NCBI GenBank assembly: GCA_042219045.1
Contig: JBDGQO010000013.1
Coordinates: forward strand, 17,348-81,347
Length of the DNA stretch: 64,000 nt
Source: Candidatus Bipolaricaulia bacterium
GTDB taxonomy: Bacteria; Bipolaricaulota; Bipolaricaulia; RBG-16-55-9
Direction of reading: 5' to 3'
The notes under the pieces were generated by a model. That model worked only from the letters and a program-made list of their open reading frames with translations, was not told where the DNA came from and made no database searches. The position numbers and the translations under genes were made by a program. This document shows positions 17,730 to 27,570 of the stretch, piece by piece (within the stretch, counting starts at the first letter, position 1; every line of letters begins with the position of its first letter).

Positions 17730-20700
17730 TCAGCCATCCTGCCCAGAGCCACTTGGCGACGTCGAGGACGAGCCGCTGCCTTGACCCTGTTGCGACATCT
17801 GCGTCTCCATTTGGCTCTGCAGCTCGGCCACCCGATCAGGGCGATAGTTCGGATAATTCTGCTGCAGTGTCTTCAGCGGCTGCTGCGCCTGACTGGCCTG
17901 ACCCTGTTCGAGATAGAGGCTGGCCAACTGGACGAGCGCATCCTTGCCGTCCTCGCCGAGCGAGCCCTTGCCGTTGATCGCCCGAGCGGCCTCCAACAGC
18001 GACTGATAGATGGAGATCTTGTCGGACGTCGACGGCTTCTGGAGCAGCGCGGACTTCAGATGGTTCTTCGCCTGCTCGGGCTGGTTGAGCGCGAGATGGG
18101 CTCGGCCCATGCCGTGGTGCGCGCGCCAGTTGTCCGGCGAGCTTTCCAGAATCTTCCGATACTGCTCCATCGCCTTGCTGTGCTGCTGGGCAGTGCGGTA
18201 GAGCTTGGCGAGCCGGAAGCGGGTGTCCTGATCGCTCGGCTTGACCTCGAGGATCTTCCGAGCGACCTCGATTTGGGTGGACTGGCTGGCCCGCAGCTCC
18301 AGCGCCCGGCGGTACTCGGACAGCGCGTCCTCGGTGTTGCCCTGCGCGCGATAGGCGTCGCCCAGGTTGATATGGGCGGGCGCGGAGTACTGGCCCGCTG
18401 AGCGATCGACGACGCCCTCAAGCGTGGCCACGGCGTCCTCAACCTGGCCGGCCTGAAGTTGGGCCTCGCCGAGCTGGATCTCCGCCTCCATGGGATTATT
18501 GACCCCGGCTTCCAGCGCCGCTTCGTAGGCGCTGATGGCTTTCTCATATGCCTGCCGATCCATGTGGAGGTCGCCGAGCAGCTTCTGCACCTCACCCAGC
18601 CGTCGATCGGAGGAGGAGAGCTGGTCGCGCAAGTTGGTCAACACGTCGCGGGCCTTGGTGAGCGGCTTCTCCTTGCCCGTCGACTCGGCCTGGTCCAGAT
18701 AGGTCTTGGCCAGGTCGATGCGAATGTTGCGCCAGGTCGATGAGCCCTGCTCGGCCAGATCGGCTGCGCTTGAGAGGTGCTCCACGGCCTTGGCGTAGTT
18801 GCCCTGTTTGGTGCGAATGTCGGCCGCCAACGTGTGGGCCTCCACGTAGTCCGGGTTGATCTCAAGCGCCCGGTTGATCTGGGTTAACGCGCGATCAGCC
18901 TTGCCGACCGTGTTGTTCAGGAATCGAGCATAGTAATAGTGGAGCTCGGCGTTCTTCGGCGCGAGCTTGACGATCTTTTGGAACTCGGAGTCGTCGCTCT
19001 TGCCGTAGTTGCCGACGCTGGCCAGGAACGCGTCGACCGCGTTCTGCTTCGCCTGGTCCAGGCGCTTCTGCAACGACTGGCGCTTGTCCTTGGCGGCGTC
19101 TTCGCCCAGATTATCGAGCTGGCTCTGCAGGATGTTGGCTTTGTTCTGATACAGGAGGCTCTGATAATACCCGATGTGCGGATCGTTGGCTCCTGAGGAG
19201 CTGGCCTTGTCGTAGGCCGCAATGGCCTGATCGAGGAGGTCCAGCTTCTTGGCCGTGTCGTCGGTGTTCTTGGCTTTCTCTTCCAGCCGATAGGCTTTGA
19301 GGAGCTGTTCCTTGATGACGATGTTCGCGTCGTCCTTCTGTTCCTGGACCCACTGATCGAAGCGGCTCTGGCGCTCCTGTTGCTTGTAGGCGTCGGTGAC
19401 CTGTTGCTTGAGCTTGTCCGTGGTCCTTCGCTTACTGACTTTGATGACGTGGAAGCCCTTGTCAGTGCGGAAAGGTTTGCTCACTTGGCCAGATTGGAGG
19501 TTGAACGCCTTGGCCTTCAGCTTCTTCGGTTGGCTGGCGCCATCCCCAATCCAGCCGAGTTTTCCGCCGTTGCTGGCCTTATTGCCGTCGGAGTGCTTCT
19601 TCGCGAGCGATGCGAAGTTGGCCCCATCGGACTGGAGCTGATTGTACACATTCTGAATCTGCCGCTCGGCAGACTGCACTTGTTCCTTGGACGGATCCGA
19701 CGGAAGGCTGATCTGGATCTGTTGCACCTGAACTTCGGGTTGCTTCGGGAAAGCCCCCTTCTCTCGAGCTGACTTGAGCCATTTCTGGAAGCGTTGGTCC
19801 TTCTGACTGGAGACGTAGTCTTTGCGCACCTGATCTCGGACGTCTTGGAAGCTGCTGGTCCGCCTGCCTTCCAGCTTGATCAAATGGAGGCCGAACTTCG
19901 TGCGGACGGGATCGGAGATCTCGCCCTTTTCGAGCTTGAACGCGGCCTTCTGGAACGGCTTGACCATCTGGCCCTTGCCGAACCAGCCGAGGTCGCCGCC
20001 CTTGGAAGCACTGGGCCCATCCGAGTACTGACGTGCCATCTCAGCGAAGTCCGCCCCTTCTTCCAGACGCTTCTGGATCTGGGCAATCTGCCGCTGGGCG
20101 GACTGCACTTGGGCATCGGAGGCGTCCTGGGGCAGCTCAATCAGGATGTGGCGAGCGTGGATCTCCTCTTTGCCATACTGATCCTTGTTCTTTTCGAAGT
20201 ACGCTCGCAACTCCTTCTCGGACGGCACGACGGGCTTGACGATCTGCGACTTGAACTGCTGCGAGTTGCTCTGGACGTACGAAATCAGGTCGGCCGTCGT
20301 CGGATTGATCTTGCCGACGACCTGGTCCTGGAGTTTCTGTTGCTTAAGTTGCTGTCGAGCTTGCTCGCGCAGATAGTTTTTGAACTCCGAGATCGATCCC
20401 GTCGAGAGGTTGAACGCCTGCGCGAAGCGCTGGCGAACTTGCGGATTATTTTCCAGTAACCTCCTCAATCGGTCTTCGGTTACTTTGTTCTGTTTGAGAA
20501 AGCGGTCATATTGCTGTTTGAAGCGCTTATCGACCTCGGTCTGCTTCACCGAGAGCCCACGTTCATCCGCCTTTTGGGAAATGAGCGTGGTTCGGATCAG
20601 CTGGTTGGCGGCCTCGTTTCGCAACTGCAGGCGATAGTGGGCGCCACTGGCACCCTTCAGCCGCTGTTCGAAGTTGCCGCCGAACTGCGAGTACAGTCGC

Positions 20701-20927
20701 TGATAGCGCTGGATGGTCTGCTGGTGTCGCGTTTCCAGCTTGGAGGTGGGTATCTCCTCGCCGTTGACGACGATCGCCGGTTGTTGCTGCTCTTGCTGCT
20801 GTTGGTTGTTGCTTCCGAAGAATCCCTGCGGACCGCCCGGCGTGAAGAAGAGCACGCCGCCGGCCCCGAACCCAATAATGACGACCCAAAGCGTTACGGT
20901 GACCCAGAGCTTTTGCCCCTGGTTCAT
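17730..20927 (-). CDS. Membrane-anchored SurA/PpiD-like chaperone: SurA_N region, two parvulin domains and a C-terminal TPR array
   Basis: N-terminal TM; VVNGEEIP; IHARHILI...FAEMARQYSD...GGDLGWF...MVKPF...GLHLIK; second parvulin FASLAKKHSD...GGKLGWI...GFHVIK; many TPR helices (ALEINPDY, AHINLGDAY). Confidence 0.85.
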   Translation of the reverse strand: MNQGQKLWVTVTLWVVIIGFGAGGVLFFTPGGPQGFFGSNNQQQQEQQQPAIVVNGEEIPTSKLETRHQQTIQRYQRLYSQFGGNFEQRLKGASGAHYRLQLRNEAANQLIRTTLISQKADERGLSVKQTEVDKRFKQQYDRFLKQNKVTEDRLRRLLENNPQVRQRFAQAFNLSTGSISEFKNYLREQARQQLKQQKLQDQVVGKINPTTADLISYVQSNSQQFKSQIVKPVVPSEKELRAYFEKNKDQYGKEEIHARHILIELPQDASDAQVQSAQRQIAQIQKRLEEGADFAEMARQYSDGPSASKGGDLGWFGKGQMVKPFQKAAFKLEKGEISDPVRTKFGLHLIKLEGRRTSSFQDVRDQVRKDYVSSQKDQRFQKWLKSAREKGAFPKQPEVQVQQIQISLPSDPSKEQVQSAERQIQNVYNQLQSDGANFASLAKKHSDGNKASNGGKLGWIGDGASQPKKLKAKAFNLQSGQVSKPFRTDKGFHVIKVSKRRTTDKLKQQVTDAYKQQERQSRFDQWVQEQKDDANIVIKEQLLKAYRLEEKAKNTDDTAKKLDLLDQAIAAYDKASSSGANDPHIGYYQSLLYQNKANILQSQLDNLGEDAAKDKRQSLQKRLDQAKQNAVDAFLASVGNYGKSDDSEFQKIVKLAPKNAELHYYYARFLNNTVGKADRALTQINRALEINPDYVEAHTLAADIRTKQGNYAKAVEHLSSAADLAEQGSSTWRNIRIDLAKTYLDQAESTGKEKPLTKARDVLTNLRDQLSSSDRRLGEVQKLLGDLHMDRQAYEKAISAYEAALEAGVNNPMEAEIQLGEAQLQAGQVEDAVATLEGVVDRSAGQYSAPAHINLGDAYRAQGNTEDALSEYRRALELRASQSTQIEVARKILEVKPSDQDTRFRLAKLYRTAQQHSKAMEQYRKILESSPDNWRAHHGMGRAHLALNQPEQAKNHLKSALLQKPSTSDKISIYQSLLEAARAINGKGSLGEDGKDALVQLASLYLEQGQASQAQQPLKTLQQNYPNYRPDRVAELQSQMETQMSQQGQGSGSSSTSPSGSGQDG

Positions 20928-21149
20928 ATGGTCAATCCCTTCCTCTTGATTTTCGCCTCACGTGCCATCTCCTAAACTATCGCAATGGTAAGGCCGCACG
21001 GGAAGTTGGAGATACACGCGGACGGGTTGTCATGACAGTCGGCATCAATCCGGTACTCGCCTTCGAGCGACCATTAAGCATCGGGCGCCGAACCCCGGCG
21101 CCCCGCTCATCCCCGTTGATGGTCGCGTCTTTGCTGGCCTGATGCGAGT

Positions 21150-21755
21150 TTAGGAGACGTCCCGGTCGGTGTCAAACCCGGAACGCCGGGAACGCCCGAA
21201 GAATGACGAGCGCCGCTCGGTCTTGGCCTCCTCGTTGGAATGGCTTTCCGGCTCGTCCTCCGAGGTCTCGCTTGAGGCCCGCTCCTCAGTCGACTCGGAC
21301 AGCTCGGAGGCCGGTCGACCAGTGATCGCCTCGGACAGCGATGTTGGTCGAGACCTCAGCCCTTCTTCGGCATCCGCTTCTTCGGAGGCTTCGACATCGG
21401 GCGCCCAGGCTTCGTCGGCTTCGTCGCGTTCCTCGCGGTAGGCCGGTTCCTCGCCACCCCCCGAATGGCCATCTTCGTGGGGCCGATGGAGCCGATGGCG
21501 CGGCGTGATCGAAAAGCGCAACGCCGTCCGCTGCTCGCCGTCGATCTCGACGTCGACGAAGCTCGGCATGGAGATCAAATCCACCCCGCTCGAGGCGAGA
21601 TAGCTGCGCGCAATGGCGATGGCCTTGACGGCTTGGTTGATGGCTTTGGGGCCGATTCCTTGCAGTTCCGCCTCTCCGGATTCGCGAATGGTGTTGGCAA
21701 GCGCGCCAGCCGTGGCAGAGGCGTCGGACTGAGCAGAGACTTTGAGGGTTTCCAT
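21150..21755 (-). CDS. spoVS: SpoVS-family protein with long acidic low-complexity C-terminal tail
   Basis: METLKVSAQS, AGALA, IGPKAINQAVKAIAIARSYL, PSFVDVEIDGEQRTALRF; about 115 extra residues after the domain. Confidence 0.9.
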   Translation of the reverse strand: METLKVSAQSDASATAGALANTIRESGEAELQGIGPKAINQAVKAIAIARSYLASSGVDLISMPSFVDVEIDGEQRTALRFSITPRHRLHRPHEDGHSGGGEEPAYREERDEADEAWAPDVEASEEADAEEGLRSRPTSLSEAITGRPASELSESTEERASSETSEDEPESHSNEEAKTERRSSFFGRSRRSGFDTDRDVS

Positions 21756-21792
21756 GGCTCCCTCTCCCCCTCCCTGACGGGTACTGGCATTG

Positions 21793-21821
21793 AGTATAAT
21801 CGAGGCGTCTCCCACAGACAA
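21793..21821 (-). promoter_or_regulatory. Sigma70-like promoter for spoVS
   Basis: Minus strand TTGTCT-17 nt-TATACT. Confidence 0.55.
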
Positions 21822-21840
21822 GACCCAACCTTGCCAGCCG

Positions 21841-23448
21841 TCAGCGCGCCCGCTCGGTAAACTGCGTGGTCCGGATGACCTGGACCTTGATCTCGCCCGG
21901 ATAGTCCAGTTCCTCTTCGATGGTGCGGGCCACCTCGTAGGAGAGCTTCGCCGTCATGTCGTCGTCGATCTCGTTCGGCTGGACCATGATGCGCACCTCG
22001 CGGCCAGCCTGGATGGCGTAGGCCTCCTGGACGCCGTCGAAGCTGTTGCAGAGGTCTTCCAAGGCCTGCAGCCGCTGGATGTAGGCCTCGAACGTCTCCT
22101 GCCGCGCCCCGGGGCGCGCTGCCGACAGGGCGTCCGCTGCCTGCAACAGCACCGCCATCGCGGACTGGGGCTCGACCTCATTGTTGTGCGCGGCGATGGC
22201 ATGGACGACCTCCTCGCTCTCGCCGTAGCGCCAGGCCAATTCGGCGCTAATCAACGAGTGCGGGCCCTCAACCTTGTGGTCAACACCTTTGCCGATGTCG
22301 TGCAGCAGGCCCGCGCGGCGGGCGGATTTGGGATCAATGCCCAGCTCACCGGCAAGCGCGCCGGCAATGAAGCTGACCTCGATGGTGTGCTGCAACTGGT
22401 TCTGGCCGTAACTCGTGCGGAACTTGAGTCGACCGACCATCTTGATCAGCTCCTGGTGGAGACCCTCAAGGCCGACCTCGAAGGCGGCCTTCTCGCCCTC
22501 CTCTTTGATGAGCTGGGCGACGCGCTCTTGGGCCGTGTCGACCTGTTTCTTGATTTGCGCGGGATGGATGCGCCCGTCCTCGACGAGCTTGGCCATGGCG
22601 ACGCGGGCGATCTCGCGCCGGACGGGATTGAAGCACGACAGCACCACCGTATCGGGCGTGTCGTCGACCAGGACGTCGACGCCCGTCAGTGCCTCAAACG
22701 TCCGGATGTTGCGGCCCTCGCGGCCGATGACGCGTCCCTTAAAATCGTTATCGGGCAACGGCACGAGGCTGACGGTGGAGAGCTCCACTTCCTCGGCCGC
22801 GTAGCGCTGAATGGCCGTTGCGATGATCTTTCGGGCTTCCTGCTCGGCCTCTTGCTCGTAGCGCTCCTTGATCTCGCGGACCGTCTTGGCGTAGTGGCGT
22901 TCCGCGTCCTCGCGGACACGGCGTAGCAGCTCCTCTTTGGCTTCCTCTTGGGTTAGCCCGGAGATCTCTTCGAGGCGCTTCTGTTCGCCTTCGATGAGGG
23001 ACTGGCCCTCTTCGATGTAGCTCGAGACGGACTCGAGGTCCGCGTTCAGGTCCTGCTCAAGCTGTTGCAGCTCCGAGGCCTGGCGCTCGATGCGCTCCTC
23101 GCGCTTCAACAGCCGCGACTCGAACTGCTCCAGCTTCTCCTCGCGGCTCTTGAGGCGGCCTTCGCGCTCCTCGAGTTGCTGGGCCCGTTCCTCGTTCTGG
23201 CGGCGCTGCGCCTCACGGGCCTCGGCTTCCTCTTCGATCTGGCGGTTCAGGCGCCGTTCCGTCTCCTGCCACTGGCTGCGTTCGGCCTCGATGTCGCGCT
23301 TGAGCTGATCGAGGCTCGCTTGGACTTCGTCGGCGCGCTGCCGAGCTTCGGCGAGCGCCGTGGCGAAGCGGCGAGTTCCGACACCGTATCCCAGAACCAG
23401 GAGGAGAACTCCCACTCCTCCCAAAGCAATCATCAACACGGGATCCAT
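21841..23448 (-). CDS. rny: Ribonuclease Y
   Basis: N-terminal TM, coiled coil, KH motif KGRVIGREGRNIR, RTSYGQN, HD motif LLHDIGK, ADALSAARPGAR, AIQAGREVR. Confidence 0.97.
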   Translation of the reverse strand: MDPVLMIALGGVGVLLLVLGYGVGTRRFATALAEARQRADEVQASLDQLKRDIEAERSQWQETERRLNRQIEEEAEAREAQRRQNEERAQQLEEREGRLKSREEKLEQFESRLLKREERIERQASELQQLEQDLNADLESVSSYIEEGQSLIEGEQKRLEEISGLTQEEAKEELLRRVREDAERHYAKTVREIKERYEQEAEQEARKIIATAIQRYAAEEVELSTVSLVPLPDNDFKGRVIGREGRNIRTFEALTGVDVLVDDTPDTVVLSCFNPVRREIARVAMAKLVEDGRIHPAQIKKQVDTAQERVAQLIKEEGEKAAFEVGLEGLHQELIKMVGRLKFRTSYGQNQLQHTIEVSFIAGALAGELGIDPKSARRAGLLHDIGKGVDHKVEGPHSLISAELAWRYGESEEVVHAIAAHNNEVEPQSAMAVLLQAADALSAARPGARQETFEAYIQRLQALEDLCNSFDGVQEAYAIQAGREVRIMVQPNEIDDDMTAKLSYEVARTIEEELDYPGEIKVQVIRTTQFTERAR

Positions 23449-23479
23449 CGTGGGCACACTCCTTTGGTCGATTCAGACA

Positions 23480-23659
23480 GGCGATGGCTTTGCGACGAAT
23501 CCCCGCCGTGGGCAAGAACCAGACAGTCGGCACCCTGAGGCGATCTCGGCACCCCAGCCCGATAAGCCTCGCGCGGGGATCGGCATGCAGGTTCGGATGC
23601 TTCGGTTTGTTAGCCATTGCCAACCGGGAATTATAGCGGGAAACGTCAAGGATGATCAA
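23480..23659 (-). promoter_or_regulatory. rny promoter and structured leader / candidate ncRNA (23480-23621)
   Basis: Minus strand TTGATC-18 nt-TATAAT (23659-23630); closing stem GGCAAUGGCU/AGCCAUCGCC starts near the predicted +1; inner stem AUCCCCGC/GCGGGGAU. Confidence 0.45.
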
Positions 23660-26508
23660 CGTCGGATGGCCATCGCGGCCGGGAGGAACGTCAGGCTGAA
23701 CAGGGCCATGAACCCGATGCCGAGCACGGCCGACTGGCCGAGCACCTCGAGAATGGGGGTCTGGGCGAGGATGAGGCTTCCGAAGCCGATCATCGTCGCG
23801 AGCGTATTGGCCAGGATCGGCAAGGCCGTCGAGGCGGTCGCGTCGGCGATGCTTCGGCCGCCCATGTCGCGGAACCGGGCGAGCAGATAGACACAGTTGT
23901 CGACGCCGAGGCCGATCAGCAGAGGCGAGATCAGGATGTTGGCCACGTTGAAGTCGATCTCGAGCAGATAGAGCGCCCCGAGCATCCAGAGGTACCCGAG
24001 CCCGAGCGTGATCAGCGACAGCCACGTTCCGCCGCGCATGCGGGAGCGTCGCAGTGTCAACCACAGAACCCCCATGATGATGACCCCGGCTGCCGCCGTG
24101 GAGTAGGCAAAGTCCTGACGCATGTAGGTCTCCAGACGCGAGCGGGTCATGGGCACGCCAAAGACCTCGTCCGATATCCGCTTGGCCTTGTCGATGAAGG
24201 CATTGTAGCGGTCGCTGTTCCAGATCACGTCTTCCTTGACGCGCGCCGCCACGATGGCGTCGCCATCGGGCGCGAAGCCGAGCTTGCGGTACTGTTCCGG
24301 CGGATTTTCGATCAACTGGTCGATGCGCTCGGGGGTCGGCAGCTGGGCTTGCAGCGATCGGACACGCTCGATGAGCGAGTCGACGCTCTGTTGAAGGGCG
24401 AACAGACGGTCGCCCGTGTTTTTGTCAACAAGCGCCTGGAAGCGTTCACGGATGCGGTCAGTTTCGCTTTTGAGCTCAAGGAAGCGCTCTTCCAGCTCGC
24501 GATTGCCGGTTGTCCGGACGACGTTGTCGGCGCTGGACTGGAGCTGCTCGCTCAGGTTTTGGAGCGCGTCAAGCAGCGCTTCGGGCTCGGTGAAGGGCTG
24601 GCGCAGGGCCGAGAGCTGGTTGGAGGCCTGTTTTAGCGGCTTGACGGGTTCAAGCGCCCGCAGTCGGCCCAGCAGCCGCTTGAACCGAGCGCGCTCTTCC
24701 GGCTTCTCGATGCCGATCGCGCTATAGTAGCTCAACGGCCGCTTGTTGACCTCCGGCATCCGATAGAGCCGGTTGCTGACCTCGCGGACGCGCTCCAGCG
24801 ACGGCTCGACGAAGAAGAAAAAGTAGTTCTCCGGATCGGCTATTTGTCCGCGCGTTTCGAAGTTGTCGTTGATGAAGCCCGCGACCTCTTGACTGGGCAA
24901 GTTCCGCTGGCTGACGCCCTTGGAGATGAACGTGAAGTCGACCCGGACGGCCGGCCAGGCCATGGCGGCCGTGCCCGCGATCACGAGCGCCACCACGACC
25001 CACGGACGGCTCGTGATCGCCCGCGCAAACGGCTCAAGGTTCCATGGCCGTGGGGGCCGGACGAGCTGGCGCCGGCCGATGGCCCGCTGCCCCACCACCA
25101 GCAGCGATGGGAGGACAACGAGCGTCATCAGGCAGGACAACAGCACCCCGAATCCCAGAATGAAGCCCATCTCGGACAGCCCTGTCGTCTGGGAGACGAA
25201 GCCCACCGCAAAGAGCACCAGCGACGTCGCCGTCGCCGCCGTGATCATCGCCTGGCCCTTGACGGTAACGGCATGGCGCAAGGCGGGCACGATCCGTCGT
25301 GAGCCTTGGCGGAGCTCCAGGTAATGGGAGATGAACTGGATGCCGTAGTCGATGCCGAGGCCCAACACGATCGCCGGCAGGAACGCGGTCAAGAGGTTCA
25401 GCCCGCCGAAGAGGTGCTTAGCGATGGCCAACGTCAATAGCAGCGCGATTGAGACGGGGATCGTCGCAATAATCGGATACAGAAACCGCCGCAGGACGAA
25501 GACGAACAGGGCCAGCACGCCGACGACGGTAATCAACGCCGTCCGGTTCATATCCGACCGCAGCATGTTGTCGGACTGGACGGAAAAGACGTGCGGCCCC
25601 TTGATTCCCCACGTGATGCCTTGGGATTCCAGGTTGAGCGAGCTCAGGTCGCTCTTGACGGCATGGACGACGCGTCGGTTGTAGGCGATGCTCTGCGAGG
25701 CCGGTTGATCCGGCTGGAATTGGATCATCAGCGCGTTCGCATCCTCCGAGAGCCAGTACGGGCTGGCCTCCTCCGAGACGGGCTTGAGGGTGCTCTGCAG
25801 GGACGACAGCTCGGCCCGGAACGTCTTGACGCCCTCCGAGAGCGTCTCCAACCGATCGGGGAGATCCTCCAGCGCGGCCAGCACCGCTTCGTTCAGGTCG
25901 TTCAACTTGGTCAGCTGATCGCTCAGGTCCTTGATGGTCGAGGTCAGCTTGTTGGGATCGAGGATGGCAAGCCCGCTCATGAGCTGCTTGAGCGCCTCGG
26001 CCGTGCCGCCGTAGACCTGCGCGAGCGATTGCTCGGTGTTCGGAAGTGCGCCGTCCTGATCGACGGCTTGACGGAGCTTGTCGATGCGCGCTTCGATCTC
26101 GTCGATGGTGGCCTCATCGAGCGCCAGCGGGTCGACGTTGAGCGCCTGGAGCCGGTTGCGCTCGAAGCTTGCCTGCTCGATCTCGGTGTGGGCCTTAAGG
26201 GCGTCTTCCACTCGGCGCCCCGCCGCCAGGAGCCGCTTGACGCGCTCACCGCGGGGAACGTCGCCGGGAGACTTGAGGCGCAGGAGCACGGCGTCCTGGT
26301 TGACCTCTCTATCCAGGATCTTCTGGTAACGCTCGACGCGTTCCAGCAAGGGGTCGTCTTGGGGCAGGAGGTTATTGAACGTGCTGTCGACCGGGAGCGT
26401 CCGCAGGTCCAGGACCGATCCCACGGCCAAGACGAGCGCGATCAGCAGGAAGACTCCGGCTAATCGGCGGATGGAGGCAAAGAGAGCGAGCATCGGACGC
26501 ATGCGCAC
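23656..26508 (-). CDS. MMPL/RND family transporter
   Basis: Two-fold repeat with GLGIDYGIQF and GLGVDNCVY motifs, TMIGFGSL, two large helical extracytoplasmic domains. Confidence 0.88.
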   Translation of the reverse strand: MRMRPMLALFASIRRLAGVFLLIALVLAVGSVLDLRTLPVDSTFNNLLPQDDPLLERVERYQKILDREVNQDAVLLRLKSPGDVPRGERVKRLLAAGRRVEDALKAHTEIEQASFERNRLQALNVDPLALDEATIDEIEARIDKLRQAVDQDGALPNTEQSLAQVYGGTAEALKQLMSGLAILDPNKLTSTIKDLSDQLTKLNDLNEAVLAALEDLPDRLETLSEGVKTFRAELSSLQSTLKPVSEEASPYWLSEDANALMIQFQPDQPASQSIAYNRRVVHAVKSDLSSLNLESQGITWGIKGPHVFSVQSDNMLRSDMNRTALITVVGVLALFVFVLRRFLYPIIATIPVSIALLLTLAIAKHLFGGLNLLTAFLPAIVLGLGIDYGIQFISHYLELRQGSRRIVPALRHAVTVKGQAMITAATATSLVLFAVGFVSQTTGLSEMGFILGFGVLLSCLMTLVVLPSLLVVGQRAIGRRQLVRPPRPWNLEPFARAITSRPWVVVALVIAGTAAMAWPAVRVDFTFISKGVSQRNLPSQEVAGFINDNFETRGQIADPENYFFFFVEPSLERVREVSNRLYRMPEVNKRPLSYYSAIGIEKPEERARFKRLLGRLRALEPVKPLKQASNQLSALRQPFTEPEALLDALQNLSEQLQSSADNVVRTTGNRELEERFLELKSETDRIRERFQALVDKNTGDRLFALQQSVDSLIERVRSLQAQLPTPERIDQLIENPPEQYRKLGFAPDGDAIVAARVKEDVIWNSDRYNAFIDKAKRISDEVFGVPMTRSRLETYMRQDFAYSTAAAGVIIMGVLWLTLRRSRMRGGTWLSLITLGLGYLWMLGALYLLEIDFNVANILISPLLIGLGVDNCVYLLARFRDMGGRSIADATASTALPILANTLATMIGFGSLILAQTPILEVLGQSAVLGIGFMALFSLTFLPAAMAIRR

Positions 26509-26511
26509 GCC

Positions 26512-27537
26512 TCATGCCTCTGCGTCGGTGGCTTCAGGCTCCTCGGCCGGTTGGGCGTCCAGTTCCTCGGTTCCCTCGTCCGATTGGAACTCCTTGGCGA
26601 TCTCGTCGGGGCTTGTGGCGTCGATGTGCCAGCCCGTCAACTTGGCGGTCAGCCGGACGTTCTGCCCGCCCTTGCCGATGGCCAAGCTCAACTCGCCGTC
26701 GGGGACGACGACCATGGCGTGTTTTTCGTCCTCATCCAGCTCGATGCGCATGACTGTTGCGGGCTCAAGGCTGTTCTGGATGAGCTCCTGGAGGTTTTCG
26801 CTCCAGCGGATGACGTCGATCTTCTCGCCCGAGAGCTCGCGGACGATCTGCCGCACGCGGGCCCCCGACGATCCCACGCACGTGCCGACGGGCTCGATCT
26901 CGGGAACTCGAGCACGCACGGCCACCTTGCTGCGCACGCCCGGCTCGCGCGCCACGGCCACGACCTCCACGAGCCCCTGCTCGACCTCGGGAACTTCCAG
27001 TTCCATCAAGCGTCGCACGAAATCCGGGTGGCCGCGGGAGACGAGCACGCGCGGGTCACCCTGGGTCTCCTCCACGCGATAGAGATACGTCCGCAGCGTC
27101 TGGCCCGGGCGATAGTGTTCGCCGGGGATGCGCTCGCTGTCGGGCAACAGCGCCTCCGCTTGGCCCAGGTTGAGCCACACGTCGCGTCCCTCAAAGCGAT
27201 GGACGCTGCCGTTGATCAATTCGCCGACGCGGGCATGGAAGCGCTCGTAGACCATCTGGCGACGGCGCTTCAAAATCTCTTGGCGGATCGTCTCCTCGGC
27301 TCGGCGCGTGGCGATGCGGCCCAACTGCGTCACGTCGAACTCGATCGATTCGCCCTTGTCGACGATCGTGATGTCCCCGGAGCTGCGATCGATCGCCACG
27401 TCGACGTCGTCGGCGGTGCCGAACTGCTCGCGGTAGGCCATGGCCAGTCCCTTGCGGACGGCATCGTAGAGCTCCTCGCGCTCCAGGCCCTCCTCTTTCG
27501 CCATCTCTTCCAAGGCCTCTAAAAACTCGACGTTCAT
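26512..27537 (-). CDS. nusA: Transcription termination/antitermination factor NusA
   Basis: GRIA, ELEVPEV, AREPGVRSKVAV, CVGSSGARV, EKIDVI, LAIGKGGQNVRL. Confidence 0.97.
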   Translation of the reverse strand: MNVEFLEALEEMAKEEGLEREELYDAVRKGLAMAYREQFGTADDVDVAIDRSSGDITIVDKGESIEFDVTQLGRIATRRAEETIRQEILKRRRQMVYERFHARVGELINGSVHRFEGRDVWLNLGQAEALLPDSERIPGEHYRPGQTLRTYLYRVEETQGDPRVLVSRGHPDFVRRLMELEVPEVEQGLVEVVAVAREPGVRSKVAVRARVPEIEPVGTCVGSSGARVRQIVRELSGEKIDVIRWSENLQELIQNSLEPATVMRIELDEDEKHAMVVVPDGELSLAIGKGGQNVRLTAKLTGWHIDATSPDEIAKEFQSDEGTEELDAQPAEEPEATDAEA

Positions 27538-27570
27538 CGTCGCATCACAGCTCCTCGTTCTGGACGTCTC

